A DNA stretch of 52,810 nt. Source: Asterionella formosa. Lineage: Eukaryota. This document shows, piece after piece, positions 11,918-24,581 of this stretch. How positions within the stretch are numbered: the first letter of the stretch is position 1; each line of letters opens with the position of its first letter. The DNA is taken from positions 1-52,810 of the forward strand of contig NKIB01013710.1 in NCBI GenBank assembly GCA_002256025.1, in the 5' to 3' direction. The translations under genes were made by a program, and so were the position numbers. The notes under the pieces are model-generated. The model was not told the origin of the DNA. It made no database searches and was given only the letters and a program-made list of their open reading frames with translations.

Positions 11918-13869
11918 AGCAAACCAAACTATATTCTGCTTCTTTCCTTGTTACCTATATCCAACTCCCAATAGCCCAGATAGATTCCAGAGTTCCTTAA
12001 CTTTGTTCAGGTAGCTCTATTATGATACTCTTTTTCTAATCAATACTTTGGACATAGCTTGAAGAGTCTCAGTTTAAGGTCAGGTGAACCTGTTTGTAGG
12101 CGCACATTGGACAAACTTGACAATATCTGCAATTTTATCTGTAAAATATAAATTCCCTTTCATGGAGTTCAACCTTTAACATTGTTGTTTACTAAATGCA
12201 CATAACACTAGGAACATTGAAGAATTCATTTCAGAAACAAATAAGAGTGAACATCTGCACTTGAAACAACATGTTAAATTATATTTAGATTAAACTCATT
12301 ATTTAAAAAACCCAATTGAAAGCAAGTTGTTGAACTATTTCCGGAATTTTTCACGATATAAGGAGTACTTACTGTGCTGTACTTCAACAATTGACAACCA
12401 ATATTTTCCTATTCTACACGTACATATATCCTTTGGTACCGTAGTTCATGACATGAGTAGTTTCATTGCAGAAATCAAGTATTCAAACAAATGGTATTTT
12501 CGAGTATAATTATTCTTGATATGGGTGGACGATGAATTGGAATGTTTGTTCTGGACCCCACCTGACCAAACCAGCACCCTGACATTCATTGATATATATT
12601 TTTTATGATTATAAATGATTTCGGATGCTGCTAGCGCGCACTACCCAATTCCGTCATAAAAAGGTACGCAATATCTGTAGAAAACCAATTTTTATGTACA
12701 TCGGCCGCCAACTCAGTTGTTTTGTGCACTGGTGGATGAATGTTAATCATCTTCATGAATTTGCTTCACTTCTCTTATTACTTACTGCACATTCAATTTC
12801 AACAATCGAAGCATGTCTGGAAGGCCAAAGACAAGACAATAACAAGCAAGGTTGAAAGGGTCTGGTGACATAGTGGTACAAGAGCAAGTAAAAATGCCAG
12901 TAGTAACTGATGTCCAGAGTTATTGAAATGTGCTCAGTTTCTTGTTTACTTGTTCTGTTAGATGGATTCCTTTTTGGCACGGACAATCTCCAAAGGATCA
13001 GCCTGATTTGTCTTGCAAGAACGCAGTGACAATAACAGCAAAAACAAGAATGACAATGACAAAAGCAACCAACCTTGTTGAATGGCTTAAGATTTTTGAT
13101 GGTGGTTCTTTATAAATGAACATGGAAGAATCTCAGCTGCAAAGATCAACAAGTCCTGGTAAATGAAATTGACCAATTTCAAGCCAATGTTGACCCTGGA
13201 TTCTCACCAAAATGGAACAAGGCAACTAAGCATTACCTTCTTAAATTTGGATCACTGGAACACAATTTTTTGCCCATGAGTGTGTTGAACTGGTCAAGGT
13301 CCCAGGTGCCTCTAGCTACTGTTAACAAATATTCCGATGTCATAAATAATTTTAACTGGTATGTAGTGTCTTCCAAGCTGCACTTTGGTTTGATCATGAA
13401 TTTCTCGATTTTCCCCAGGAAGGTCCAGTACTGCACATTTTATGTGCACATTTTCAGTTTCGACTCACTCTTCCCAATGATTTGTCTCATGCCTTCCTGA
13501 CGAAGAAGGCCAGTTTTCGATGGAAATATTATTCTTTATGTAAGTTATTCGAGGTACCTGGTAGTATACATGGGATGCATCCCTGAAAATGCTTGCCATA
13601 AAATTCTATACTTTTCATGAGGTTATATTTTCATCAAAACAAGCTCCCGGTAACATGGTGCAGACATATAAATAGGAAAAGATGAAGACGCTAAAATAAT
13701 ATTTTTACTACACGTTTCAAGTAGGTGACAGACAAGAGCAATGCGGAAAGTGCTCCTTGGTGTGACTCATCAGAACATACAAATCGTGTACACGAGCTAT
13801 GTATGATTGTATAATTTGTGGAGTTTCTTGTCATGATATACGGAAGGCCGGTACCAGAGTACCTGCAAA

Positions 13870-13952
13870 CAAGTTGCCATCATTTTGATAAAAAAATTAA
13901 TATGGGATAAAGAGAGCTAAAGTATTAGTTTTAGCCCGATTACCGCAACTTG
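13870..13952. mobile_element. Internally deleted copy of the MITE at 28501-28762
   Basis: Ends CAAGTTGC...GCAACTTG. The internal GGATAAAGAGAGCTAAAGTATTAGTTTTAGCCCGATTACCGCAACTTG resembles the right TIR at ~28714-28762. Confidence 0.65.
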
Positions 13953-14543
13953 AAGTTACCAGGGTACCTTTCGCTCTGTGGAAAGTTGATACTGGCATTT
14001 CTAATATTAAATTATTTAAGCAAACAATAGACTTTCTTGTTATTCTGTCGCAATGAAGTCATTGGCATTTTTGATTTCATCTATACCGGTAGCTACACAG
14101 CCTTTTCGTCGTGTAATGACTCGATTGTGCATGTAAACCGGCAGGTCATCGTCTCTACGATCACGTATTATTCTATGTATGGATCTGCTTATATATGAAA
14201 TAGCGCAGATTTTTTTCTGTGTACAGTTCTTACTGGTACATTGTGTAAAATACCGGCACTGGCATTCCTCCTTAGAAGCAACAAAAGGCAACAGCAAAAA
14301 TAATTAAACCGGTGTAAAAATTTGTGCAAATACTTTTATTATTAACACGTAGCAGACCGCCTTAAAATTACGTTCGATTTCACATCGATCATCAGGGTTC
14401 AACCAAAATAAAATGATAGTCCAGTTTAAAAAACGAAGAAATTTAAAATCGGTACTCTATGATGTTGACATGATATATTAGTCCCTACAGAATAAAAACT
14501 CCAGGAAACGAAACAATCGCGAACCCTGAAAGCAGTTTCAGAA

Positions 14544-17500
14544 ATGCCTCTTGAGGAAATCATTGAGGACCAGCTGGTAGAAGTGGACTCCAACTGGTCG
14601 TCGTTGTCATCTCTGTCAAGTCACGTCAATCAGGGGTTTCTGGACACACATGATTCAGTTTCTATGGACCTATGGGATTCTGACATGCTTATGAAAATCG
14701 AAGAAGGCTCCTGCAGCAAGCAAGTGGTTTCGGAAGTCTCCTTGACCGATCACGAAAAACTAATCGCGTCCATTGATTGGTTGAAAGATCACGTACCAGT
14801 CTGTGTTCTAAACCAGTTAGGACAGGAGAACAAGAAACTCGGGCTCAGCAGCAACGAGCTTCCACATAAATCAAATCATGAAAGTGCTTTACTATTCGTA
14901 GACGTTGCTGGATTTACGCAACTTTCACTGATTGTGGACCCAGAACAGCTATCCAAGGTAAGTCTTACACTTCACTATGCACATCCAACCCTTCTTGGTA
15001 GGCTGGGGCAGCCAGACAAAACAGGCCATCAACTCACTATTGAGTATTACGACCTAGATCATCAATTCATATTTCCAGCTCATCGTCAATGAGATTGTTT
15101 GCACGGGGGGTGACGTGATCAAGTTTGCCGGTGACGCTCTATTTGCAGAGTGGGAAGTAGTGGCACCAATACAGAATGAAACTGGATTTTCAAGATCGCT
15201 ACCTGAATGTGTGGCCATAGCTGCGACATGTGGAGCGCGCATTGTCGCTAGCCTTTCTGATTTCTCGGTATATGGGAGCATTAGTAGTGGCAATGGCTAT
15301 TCGTCTGGAAGCGCACTTGCCGTTCTCAACATTCATTGTGGGTTAGGAGCGGGTACAATCATTGGGATTCACGTGGGAGACAACGAATGCAGGAGAGAGT
15401 ATCTCATACTGGGAGATGCTATCGATCAAATTGCAGAAGCTTCTGAGCATGCATCCCTTGGGCAACTTGTTGCATCAAGAGAAGCGCTTGACTTGTTGAA
15501 TCAAACTTGTCGGTTAGACCCCAGTGTCACAGAGTCACCTGATGCACGATGCGCACTCATAGCCCACGACAATACATCCTTGTTCGATCCATTGCCGACG
15601 TCGACTTGGATGGAAAAGGGCGAGAACGTCATAGAATATAGTAAATGGAAGGAGATGAACATCAAGAAATTGAAGGAGTACCAAAAGTTGTTGTCGCTAT
15701 ACGTCCATCCTGTTGTGGTTGATAATGATAGGCTGATCACTGACTCTCATCGCGCGAGAAAGGTTCAGCAACGACACAGCGAAGAAGCTCAAATAAGAAG
15801 CGTCTACACTATGTTCATTGGCATTCCCGAAATAAGTGTCGTTGGCGACGACAGCATCGATGACCAAAAGAAGATCGAGACGCTAAATAATATAATGAAC
15901 TTGACAACGAGGACGCTGGACCGTTTCAATGGCCATCTTCGTCAATTCATTTTTGATGACAAAGGCCTTGTCCTAATTGCTACCTTTGGTCTTCGCGGAT
16001 CAACGTGCCCGAACATGATCGCAGACAGAGCCCTGCCAGCAACATGCGTAATATATGATGCATTAAGATTGGAACTTGGTATTCAGAGTCGAATTGGAGC
16101 TACACTTGGCAATGCGTATTGTGGTGTTATTGGTGGCATTACCCGTCACGAATATGCTGTTCTTGGTGCCTCCGTAAATCTTGCTGCCAGGCTGATGTCC
16201 TCAAAAGGAAATCCAGGAATTCTTGTTGACGATGCTGTACGGCAGAACGCCGACAAAGCTGCTGCATTTACTGCCTTACCTCCTGTCCAAGCCAAAAGCT
16301 ATGCTGACCCTGTGCCTATCTATGAACCCTTGAGAAATAGAGAACAAGATTGGGGCATTCCACAGACTGTTTTTGTTGGCAGGGAAAGAGAAATCTCAGA
16401 AATTATCAGTATCGTCCAAGATATGGTATCCAATAGGCTTCCACCAAAGGTTACACTGGTGGAAGCATCAACTGGACTTGGAAAGACAGCCTTGATTGTT
16501 CACGCCGTTGAAAGCATTATCAGCACGCTTAGAAAGGAAAACAAGAGAGTGACAGTCCTACGTCATGTTTGCAAAGAAAGTCAAAAAAATGTTCCATTGA
16601 ATATATTTCGTTCCATTCTTGTGGATCTATTAGACGTCCCAGATGACGCATACAGCGGTGTAGAGGAAGTGTCCGAGAACTCATTCTCCAACAATTTAGA
16701 GGGAAACTTTGGGGCTTCCATTGGTAACTCTTCCTCAAAACGGACTATATCTGTGTCGATGAATCAACTACTTGCGATCTGTGAACAAGTTCGAGCACCC
16801 CCAGAATTCACACAATGGATAGCTCGACATTTGCTTGACGTAGATTTGGAGCCGGTCAGTCGAGAGGTTCCCAAAAACGCCAAACTGCCAGCACTCGACT
16901 TGACATTACGGTTGCTGGCGCAACTGTTTGAATTGTGCACGTCGAAGTCGGCTTTTGTACTTCTCGCCCTGGACGATGTGCATTACTTGGATGAATTTTC
17001 CGCGAGAGTTGTGGAATCATTTCTCCGAACAAAGGGGACAATGCTAATTATTTGCACTTCTCGACCCCTACCTAGAATAAGGACGCAGGTAGGTTTTGAC
17101 CTATGGGAAAATCTTGAGCGCGCGTATGAAAAGGAAAATAGATTTATTTCAATAAAGCTGAAGCGTCTGAATGAATATGATATTCGAAGTATGATTGCAA
17201 AGAAGCTTGACCTCAAAGAAGAACAAATATCAGACGCTTTCGTAGAAGGTGTTTTTGAAAATTCTGCTGGAGAGCCACCATTCGCAAATGAGATTTTAGA
17301 GAATGCAAAACGAAAAAACTTCGTAAAATTTCTTCCCGCCAGTCGAACCTACGGCTTTGACGACGACCAATCTCCGTTTGCAACAGTCAAGGAATTGATG
17401 GTGACCCGAATCGACGCTTTTGACTCGGAAGTTCGGAACTTGCTCGACATTGCGGCAGTCATGGGTGACTCATTCGAGATGTCAGATGTAGGGGCAGTGG

Positions 17501-19131
17501 TACATAGAAAATCTGGAGATGCTTATACAAGTGAAAATTGGCTATTGCACATACTGCGTGTGCAGCGGTTGCTTGATCAACTTGTTGAAGAAGGAATTCT
17601 AATTGAAAACATAGGTGACAATAGACTCCTGAAAACTGTTTATAAGAAGGCAGAAAGTGGTGAGGTGAACGGTAAAGTCGAAAATCGCGAGTTTTTCTTT
17701 ACACACAGCGTTTGGAGATCAGTGGTGTTAAAGATGATGTTACGCATTCGTCAAGCTGTGATTCACAGATACATTGCACTGGTACTAGAAGGAAAGCAAC
17801 AAGTTTCTGCCAGTGACTACATTCAGAAGATGAAATTGTTTCAACACTGGAAAGCAAGTAGCGATACATCAAAGGCCGCAACGTTGGCCCTCTCGATCGG
17901 AGAAAGCCTGGAGGATCTGGGGATGAGTGAAGATGGATCCAGAGTATTTGAGGAAGCACTCTCTATGTGGGAGGAAGATGATGTCGAAGGGGCGGTCGAG
18001 GCAGTGAAAGGTTTTACATTGGAAGCACTTGAGTCGATCGATGCGTTAGATCTTGACTTTATCATCAGATTAAAATGCGGGATTGGCAGATGCGCTGCGA
18101 AAATGGATGACGCAACTCTATGTGTCACAGCATACTGTTCAGCTTTGCGAATTCTCCAGATCTGTCCAAGTGCTGATGACCTTGCAGACCGTTCTGTAGT
18201 ATTTCCAGTCTTTAGTGGCCTTTTCCTCTGTATTCGTATGGGGACAATCGAGCAAGATTCCGATTTGAGCTACGAACAGCTTCTAGTGAGGAGCTTTATG
18301 CACGAGACTCGTGTCCGTGGTGATGAGATACATTATATTCGCGCCTTGGCCATGCAAGGTGAATTGTGCGCAAAAATGGGCAGGTATGATCAAGCATTCG
18401 AAGCCCACCGTGAACTCGAACAGGTTTATGACCCCGGTAGGCATTCGCGGAAATTGTGCAAGATTTACGTAACAGATTGCGCTGCTGCAAGCTTTAGCAG
18501 AAGTGCGATCTGGCACCTCCAAGAGTGCTATGGTATGAGAGCCATTGAAACCTGCCAAATCGTATTAAGTGACATTATACCAAAGATGGAACCCAGCAAT
18601 GTATACAACACCACGAGGCTGATTTATCCAATTCTTTGGGTAATGCAAGACTTAGGGAAGGCAGCCGAAGCCCGAGTGGCATTCGAGGAGCACGTGGTAG
18701 AGAAGTTCAAACTGTACCATGGAGAGGGTATTACAACAGTCAGTAATTGGCCACTCTATGCATCCATCTTGATGGTGCTAGATCTAGCAAGTCATCGAAG
18801 TGAGGAGAAAATCGAACGAGAGGACGAATACAAAGCATGGGCGATGAACATAAAAAACCTCCAGTTTGGTAGCATTTCAAACATCTCGATGGCTCATTTC
18901 GGCCGTGCACCTGATTCGATATCTGCCGAAATTTGCCTATTTTTAGCAGAACGCTCCATGGACAAGGTAGAAAGAGCCGCATTGCTACAGAATGGCATTG
19001 ACGTTATCACGGAGCTAGCTATGTGCATCATGAATACGGCAGACTTGAAATCTTCCTATGCTTACTCCAAGGTTGAGTCAGTTCTTGAGGACCTGGCTGC
19101 AGCATGCTCAAAGGAATTAAAAAAGGAGTGA
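14544..19131 (+). CDS. Soluble adenylyl cyclase-like protein (ADCY10-type: two class III cyclase domains, STAND P-loop NTPase, helical/TPR-like C-terminus), 2 exons: 14544-14957, 15058-19131
   Basis: Intron 14958-15057 (GTAAGT..CCTAG) gives ..QLSK-IINSYFQLIVNEI..GGDVIKFAGDAL. Motifs LLFVDVAGFT, FDDKG and HEYAVLGASVNLAARLM. FVGREREI, Walker A ASTGLGKT and Walker B LLALDD follow. Confidence 0.92.
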
Positions 19132-19225
19132 ATGGTAACCAAAGAATATAGCTCCCATTTTTTCGCGCATAAAACTGAAGGCTACTACCGTTATTTAGAA
19201 TCCACTGAAACGTTGCAAAATGCTT

Positions 19226-19298
19226 CTATATTCAAATACTTCAGACTTGCCAAAACCATTGTGGTTCCGAAAAGTTCGTCATCCTCTTGCTTATATAG
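19226..19298 (-). promoter_or_regulatory. Candidate eukaryotic SECIS element (type II-like) in the 3' UTR of the DsbA-like gene
   Basis: Minus strand: CTATATAAGCAAGAGG-ATGAC-GAACTTTTCGG-AA-CCACAATGGTTTTGGCAAGTC-TGAA-GTATTTGAATATAG. It has the AUGA/GA core, 11 nt to the AA, helix II GA(A)CTT/AAGTC, apical mini-stem CCA/TGG and lower helix CTATAT/ATATAG. It starts ~62 nt after the stop codon. Confidence 0.75.
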
Positions 19299-19360
19299 CC
19301 GTCAACGTTTGCTGGTGTAAGTACACTAAACTGATCCACGACAGACTGACCATCAATAAA

Positions 19361-20257
19361 TTAGTAGGCAGCTGTCTTCGTTGCTTCATCTGATCGGTGA
19401 CTACCGCGTTCTAAAATCTCCGTGCTGACACCCAGAATGTCGCCAAACATAGTACCTGGATGCACTACACCACGTTTCTCAATCTCTCTAAAAATAGAAA
19501 CAAAAGTTGCAGCGTTGGCAGCACCATCTACGACAGTCCTCCCCTCCACAACAAATTTAGGAATCGAATGAATTCCAATTTGACGAAGGGCAGTGAGTGC
19601 CTTTTCAATTTCGCGTCGCCCTTGATTCCCATTCAAAAATTCCAGAAGCACTTGTTCGGTTGGTGCATGTTGTTCCGGAATCAGGGCCTGCAATTCTTCC
19701 GCCACAACATGGGCCAATCGAGGTTTATCATTCAATGCATGACCTTCCACAAAGTAATAGACATTGAGACGGTCATAGATAGCTTCACTCACATGTAGTC
19801 CGTAGGTCTTTCCAAGGTACTGGATGAGTCGATGGGATGCCATGGTATTGCTTGCCAAGCGGTCCAGATTGAAATGTGGTATTCCCGCTTCCATCCCTCT
19901 TCCCTTTAAATTGTGTATTTTCTTTTGACGTTCCCACCCAGCTGGTCCACCCCATTTTTGAATCAATCGATCTCGATTGGACTCGACGAAGGGTTTGGTT
20001 TCATCGTAGGATGGTTCTAATAAGAATGGCACCCGCAAGACAGAAAAGGCCAAAGGTCGATTATTCACATTGGGAAGTGGATGTGCCAAGACCTCAGTTA
20101 TGGCCTTGTTCAACTGCTTTTTCCCAATGTACCCATTGGGTCATAAGGTGTCCGATACGAGCTCGATGGGAATTACCAAAGGCGATAATGAAGCGCGGAT
20201 GGTCGAAAAACAACGTCGTCTGGTAATTGACTTGGATAATGGGAATGGAAGCATCAT
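19361..20257 (-). CDS. DsbA/FrnE-like thioredoxin-fold oxidoreductase, probable selenoprotein (Sec at codon 39), 298 aa
   Basis: ATG at 20257 gives MMLPFPLSKSITRRRCFSTIRASLSPLVIPIELVSDTL, then TGA (20143-20141), then PNGYIGKKQLNKAI, in frame with ORF 19361-20113. It aligns by eye to FrnE SDxxCPWCYIGK. Also PFLLEP, NTMASHRLI and the cis-Pro loop GIHSIPKF. Confidence 0.88.
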
Positions 20258-20830
20258 TGCTATACTTTAAGCCATGGGCGGTGGAATCGAATACAATAGC
20301 TATAGACGACTTTGTACCGTTACTAGTACAACTATTTGAACGGTAGTTTTATCAGGTATGCATTCATAAGAAGTGTGCGTCGTGAAATCAATGATTAATA
20401 TATTGAAAACGTTTTCGTTCTTCTCCTGTCAACCATACAACATTTTAATTGTTAGTGACGTGGCTCACATTTTCATAACGGTTTATTGCTTGCGAGAAAA
20501 AAAACCCGGAAAATGGTGCAGGAGTGATTGTACATATGATACGGTCAGATCGTAACATATGTAGCTGTGATGTAAGTACTGGTACCGGTATGATGATAGA
20601 AAATGCATACGGCTCTACCGGTACAACTGTTAATGATTTTTGACATCGCGATTCCCCTTTCCTTTCCAACTGGTAAGATACAACAATACCGATGTATACA
20701 AGTACATGTGACATGGACTAGCAAACATGTACCGGTATCCTGTTTAGCAATAATTAAAATAAACAACAAAAATGATTTAATTATGAACTAATTATTAATA
20801 CACTCAAATCAACGACACAACAGATCGACC

Positions 20831-22216
20831 ATGAGCATGTTAACGTTTCTCGCGTCCCGACGGTTGTTCCATCCTCCTCCTCGTCGTTGCTTTTCTGACG
20901 CTCCTTCCATTCTGCGTTCCAGCAAGACTGTGAGTCTTGAAGAACGATCTGCCTTACGAGCGGCACGGAAGGAACGTGCGGCTAGGACGATTCAGAATCA
21001 CACGACGCAACAGCAGCAGCATCAGCAAAACGCCTCAACTACATTGAACCCCACGACGACACGCTATTTATGGTATGCCAGTGTTTTGGTGCCTGCGGGA
21101 TTATTGACGTGGACTCTCAATGATCCTGATAGTCCACCAGCAAAGTTCTCACGAATGATTGGTCTGACTGGAATGATTTCAGGCTATACCAATGAGATTG
21201 CCAAACCAGCGCACAACAAGTTATTGCCGGATTGGTCGCAGGTCAGTGAGAGAAAGCAAGCTAGTTAAACTACCGGCTTTTACACGACTAGCTAAAGAAC
21301 TAACTTCCCATCACACTCACTCAACACCTGCACACAGATGCCCAATGTCCCCAAGGATGTTCCTGTCCCACACACCTTGGTATTGGATTTAGAAAACACC
21401 TTGGTATGCTCCACATGGGATCGCAAACATGGTTGGCGTCATGCCAAACGACCAGGTGTCGATCAATTCCTACGAAACATGGCAGAATATTATGAAATTG
21501 TCTTGTACAGTCCGTCCATTGATGGGATTGCCGATCCGGCCGTCACGTCCTTGGACAAGGCTGGATGCATCATGCATCGATTGTACAGAGATGCGACCTA
21601 TTATCACAACGGCACACATGTGAAGGATCTAAATAGCTTAAATCGAGATGTTCGTAGAATTGTTGTTCTGGACGATGATGAATTGGCCGTCCAGTTCAAT
21701 CCTGACAATTTGATACGTGTCAAGCCATATGAAAATTCCATGGACCGGTCGGACAAAACGTTGGAACGGATTACCCCCTTTTTAGTGGAATTGGCACGAA
21801 GTGGGACGAAGGATGTGCCAGCAATTTTGAAACAATACAGAGGCATGGATGCAGATGCCATTGCAGATGAATATGATCGACGCTTGGAACAATTCAAGTA
21901 CGAACGAGACCAACGAACACAGCGAGGGTTGGGAGGGTTGGCTGGAGGACGCGGCCGCTTGCCTCCCCCGGAAGCAACACCCGAAATTGACTATGGGTTC
22001 TCAACAAACACCACCACTCCTCAGTTAACGTCAAAGGATTTGGTAGGAGCTGCTCCCTCGAATTCCACGGATGCAGGGGGGATGGTGGCGTGGATGAACA
22101 AGCGAGCGGCTGAGAAGGAAGAGCAGAAAATGCTCAAAATGGAAAAGTGGAATGAAGTCATGATGAAGAAGCAACGAGAGAAACAAGCTGCTACTGAGGC
22201 TGCCGCAGCCAAGTAA
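20831..22216 (+). CDS. TIM50: Mitochondrial import inner membrane translocase subunit TIM50, 2 exons: 20831-21241, 21338-22216
   Basis: Intron 21242-21337 (GTCAGT..CACAG). Arg-rich presequence (RRLF, RRCFS), one TM segment, KLLPD, and an FCP1/NIF-like domain TLVLDLENTLV..WDRKHGWRHAKRPG..KDLNSLNRD. Confidence 0.92.
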
Positions 22217-22399
22217 TATATAATTTGCGAAATCATTCTTGAAGGGAGTCCTTTCCTTAAGTCTCGAACTGATGTGACACACACATTTATCTTGCATTAG
22301 CTGTTACAGGAGCATAGCATATTTTCTTAGCCAATCCATGTGCTGGTTTATGAATACATGAAATTATCGTCAGCAACAACCTTTATTGTCCTATATTAT

Positions 22400-23359
22400 T
22401 TATGAATCTCCCGCCGTCGACGATTCGGCTTCCACAGCATCCACCACGGCTTGTGTTTCCTCCCGAGTCAAGATATGGTGCACACACTTTCCCTTGTCAT
22501 CCAAGGTCATTTGGAAGAGTTCCATCTTTTCTGCTGCTGCCGCCGTCCCGTCCATAGTCTTGTTCAAAACCTTGACAGCCAGCTGAAGTGCGCCCTTCAC
22601 ATCTGGCATGGTGGTGACAGAATATTCATTCTTCAACAAGGACTTGCCTGCCTGATTGTTGGCCCCAATGACTGTGGCCTTCCAACCTGAATAGTTGCCC
22701 GATGGGTCGGATTGGTACAATTGAAATCCATGTTGCGTGTCGTAGCCAGCAAACAAAAAGGAAACCCCAAAGGGACGAAGGCCTCCATATTGGGTGTAGG
22801 ACTGTTTGTAATTGCATACGTGTTCGACCAATTGTTCCACTGGAATAGGTTCTTGATATTGGTAGTAATAGCGCCCGGCACGAAGGCGAGTCTGATCAAT
22901 CAAAATGTTGGCATCGGCGGTCAATCCTGCCACATTGCATGCCGCGTGATCGCAGAGTCTGTACGTCTTTTCTGAAGCCTGTGTTTGTGTGCGGGTATGA
23001 GTGGGTGTGCATGACAAAAACGCAGTGGAGTGAGTTTTGATGGAAAAAGAAAGGAATAAATAGACGCGAGTGCGATGGAAAGAAACCAGCCAAAGAGAAC
23101 TATCACGGTACTACCGACGGCTTTGGAATAGCCCCGATGGTGGTGTGTACCTTTATGTAGGAATTGGAGTGATGCTCACCTTGCCAGGAGCCAACAAGCC
23201 ACTAGTCAGCCTTCGCTCCGACGCCATGATGATTCCATCCGAAGCAAGGATTCCAATGCAAGTTCCTGCATTATTGATTGCCTCAATGGCGTATTCGACC
23301 TGATGAAGGCGTCCTTCAGGAGAAAAGGTGGTGGTGGAGCTATCGTATCGACGGGCCAT
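22400..23359 (-). CDS. PSMA4: 20S proteasome subunit alpha-3 (PSMA4/Pre9), 2 exons: 23359-23180, 22978-22400
   Basis: [29 protein letters not shown]-terminus. Intron 23179-22979 (GTGAGC..CACAG). [15 protein letters not shown] and [12 protein letters not shown]; 252 aa. Confidence 0.95.
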
Positions 23360-24581
23360 GGTAGATTATTGCTTTTCCGTCAAAAATGATTATGCTCGCG
23401 TATACCGGTAATGGTGTTGGTAGATATGAATATGTATATAATTATGTGTCGCATATATCAAATTCAGTACCCAGTACATTTAGATTATTTTAGCCTATTG
23501 CCGGCAGATAAATATATACAACTATATTTGATTACAATTCAGTATTTCTTCGTTAATTACCGGTAGTTAATATATGTAAAAAATGGTCGTTCTGGCTGGA
23601 AGGGTTGCTTGTCGAAGCCAAAGGAACCTTCGATGAAAATGAATACTTCGACCACAACGGTAACGCTCAGAAACCCTTGCTTGTTCCCAATGTAGTACCC
23701 CATCGATGGCCAGACCACACATAACCCCATCTGGGATGGTTCTCAGTACAGGTGGTAGATGCTACGTATCTGTACCTCTCACACAGTAAAAGTTGCAAGA
23801 AAAATGTTTTTACACAATTTGTTTGTTTTACTTTGTTTAATAATAGTTGTTTTTATAAAAGAGTGAGCTCAATGTAAATGTAAATTTGAATGTATAATTT
23901 TGAAACTTCCAAGCTCATGCATGTTTCAAAATAGAGGTGATCTTTGGAGGCAAGGTTCATTTGTGTTCCCAACTTGAACTGAGAATAAACTACAGCCTCT
24001 TCCTAAATACACATTTGTCTAATCTTGGCCTGTCTCAACTTAGGCCAGTTGCTTTTTGATCGAAGACTGCTAACATAATGATCCTGTTAATCATAACTAG
24101 ATCATATCTAGTTTGCTTCTTTAATGTTCCTTGATTTTGCGGACATATCTGTAATTGTCTAGTCAATCATTTATTGATTTCTTGGCCTCTAGGTGTGATC
24201 GTCTTCTAGAGTCCATTTAAAAGGTTAGAGAGAACTTCTCCTGAAAGTTCCGCTCTCAACTGTGGCATTTTACACGCGATATTAATCCATGTGTCCTTGA
24301 ATCAATCATCTAGTGGATTGTGGTACATGTTCACAATCAGGTCACTACAGACGAAAATATATTGACACTATCATAACCTGATCTGGAATCAGGAATCTCT
24401 ATAGGTTTCAACTACTAACAGGTACTTTCTCATTCTGACCACATTGTTTTCCAGAATTATAAATATTTATTCCAGAATTTTATAGTTATCATTTCTAATT
24501 ATCACCATTTTTAGTTGATAACGACGGGCGGATGCAAGCATCACTTCTCCTGAACGTTCAACCAACAGCAATAACGTACCA

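Noticed and set aside
12540..13560. Coding-like AT-rich stretches (also ~8460-8960, 23560-24450, 39580-40150)
   Set aside because: Probably old TE debris, but I could not find diagnostic motifs or termini to support a call.
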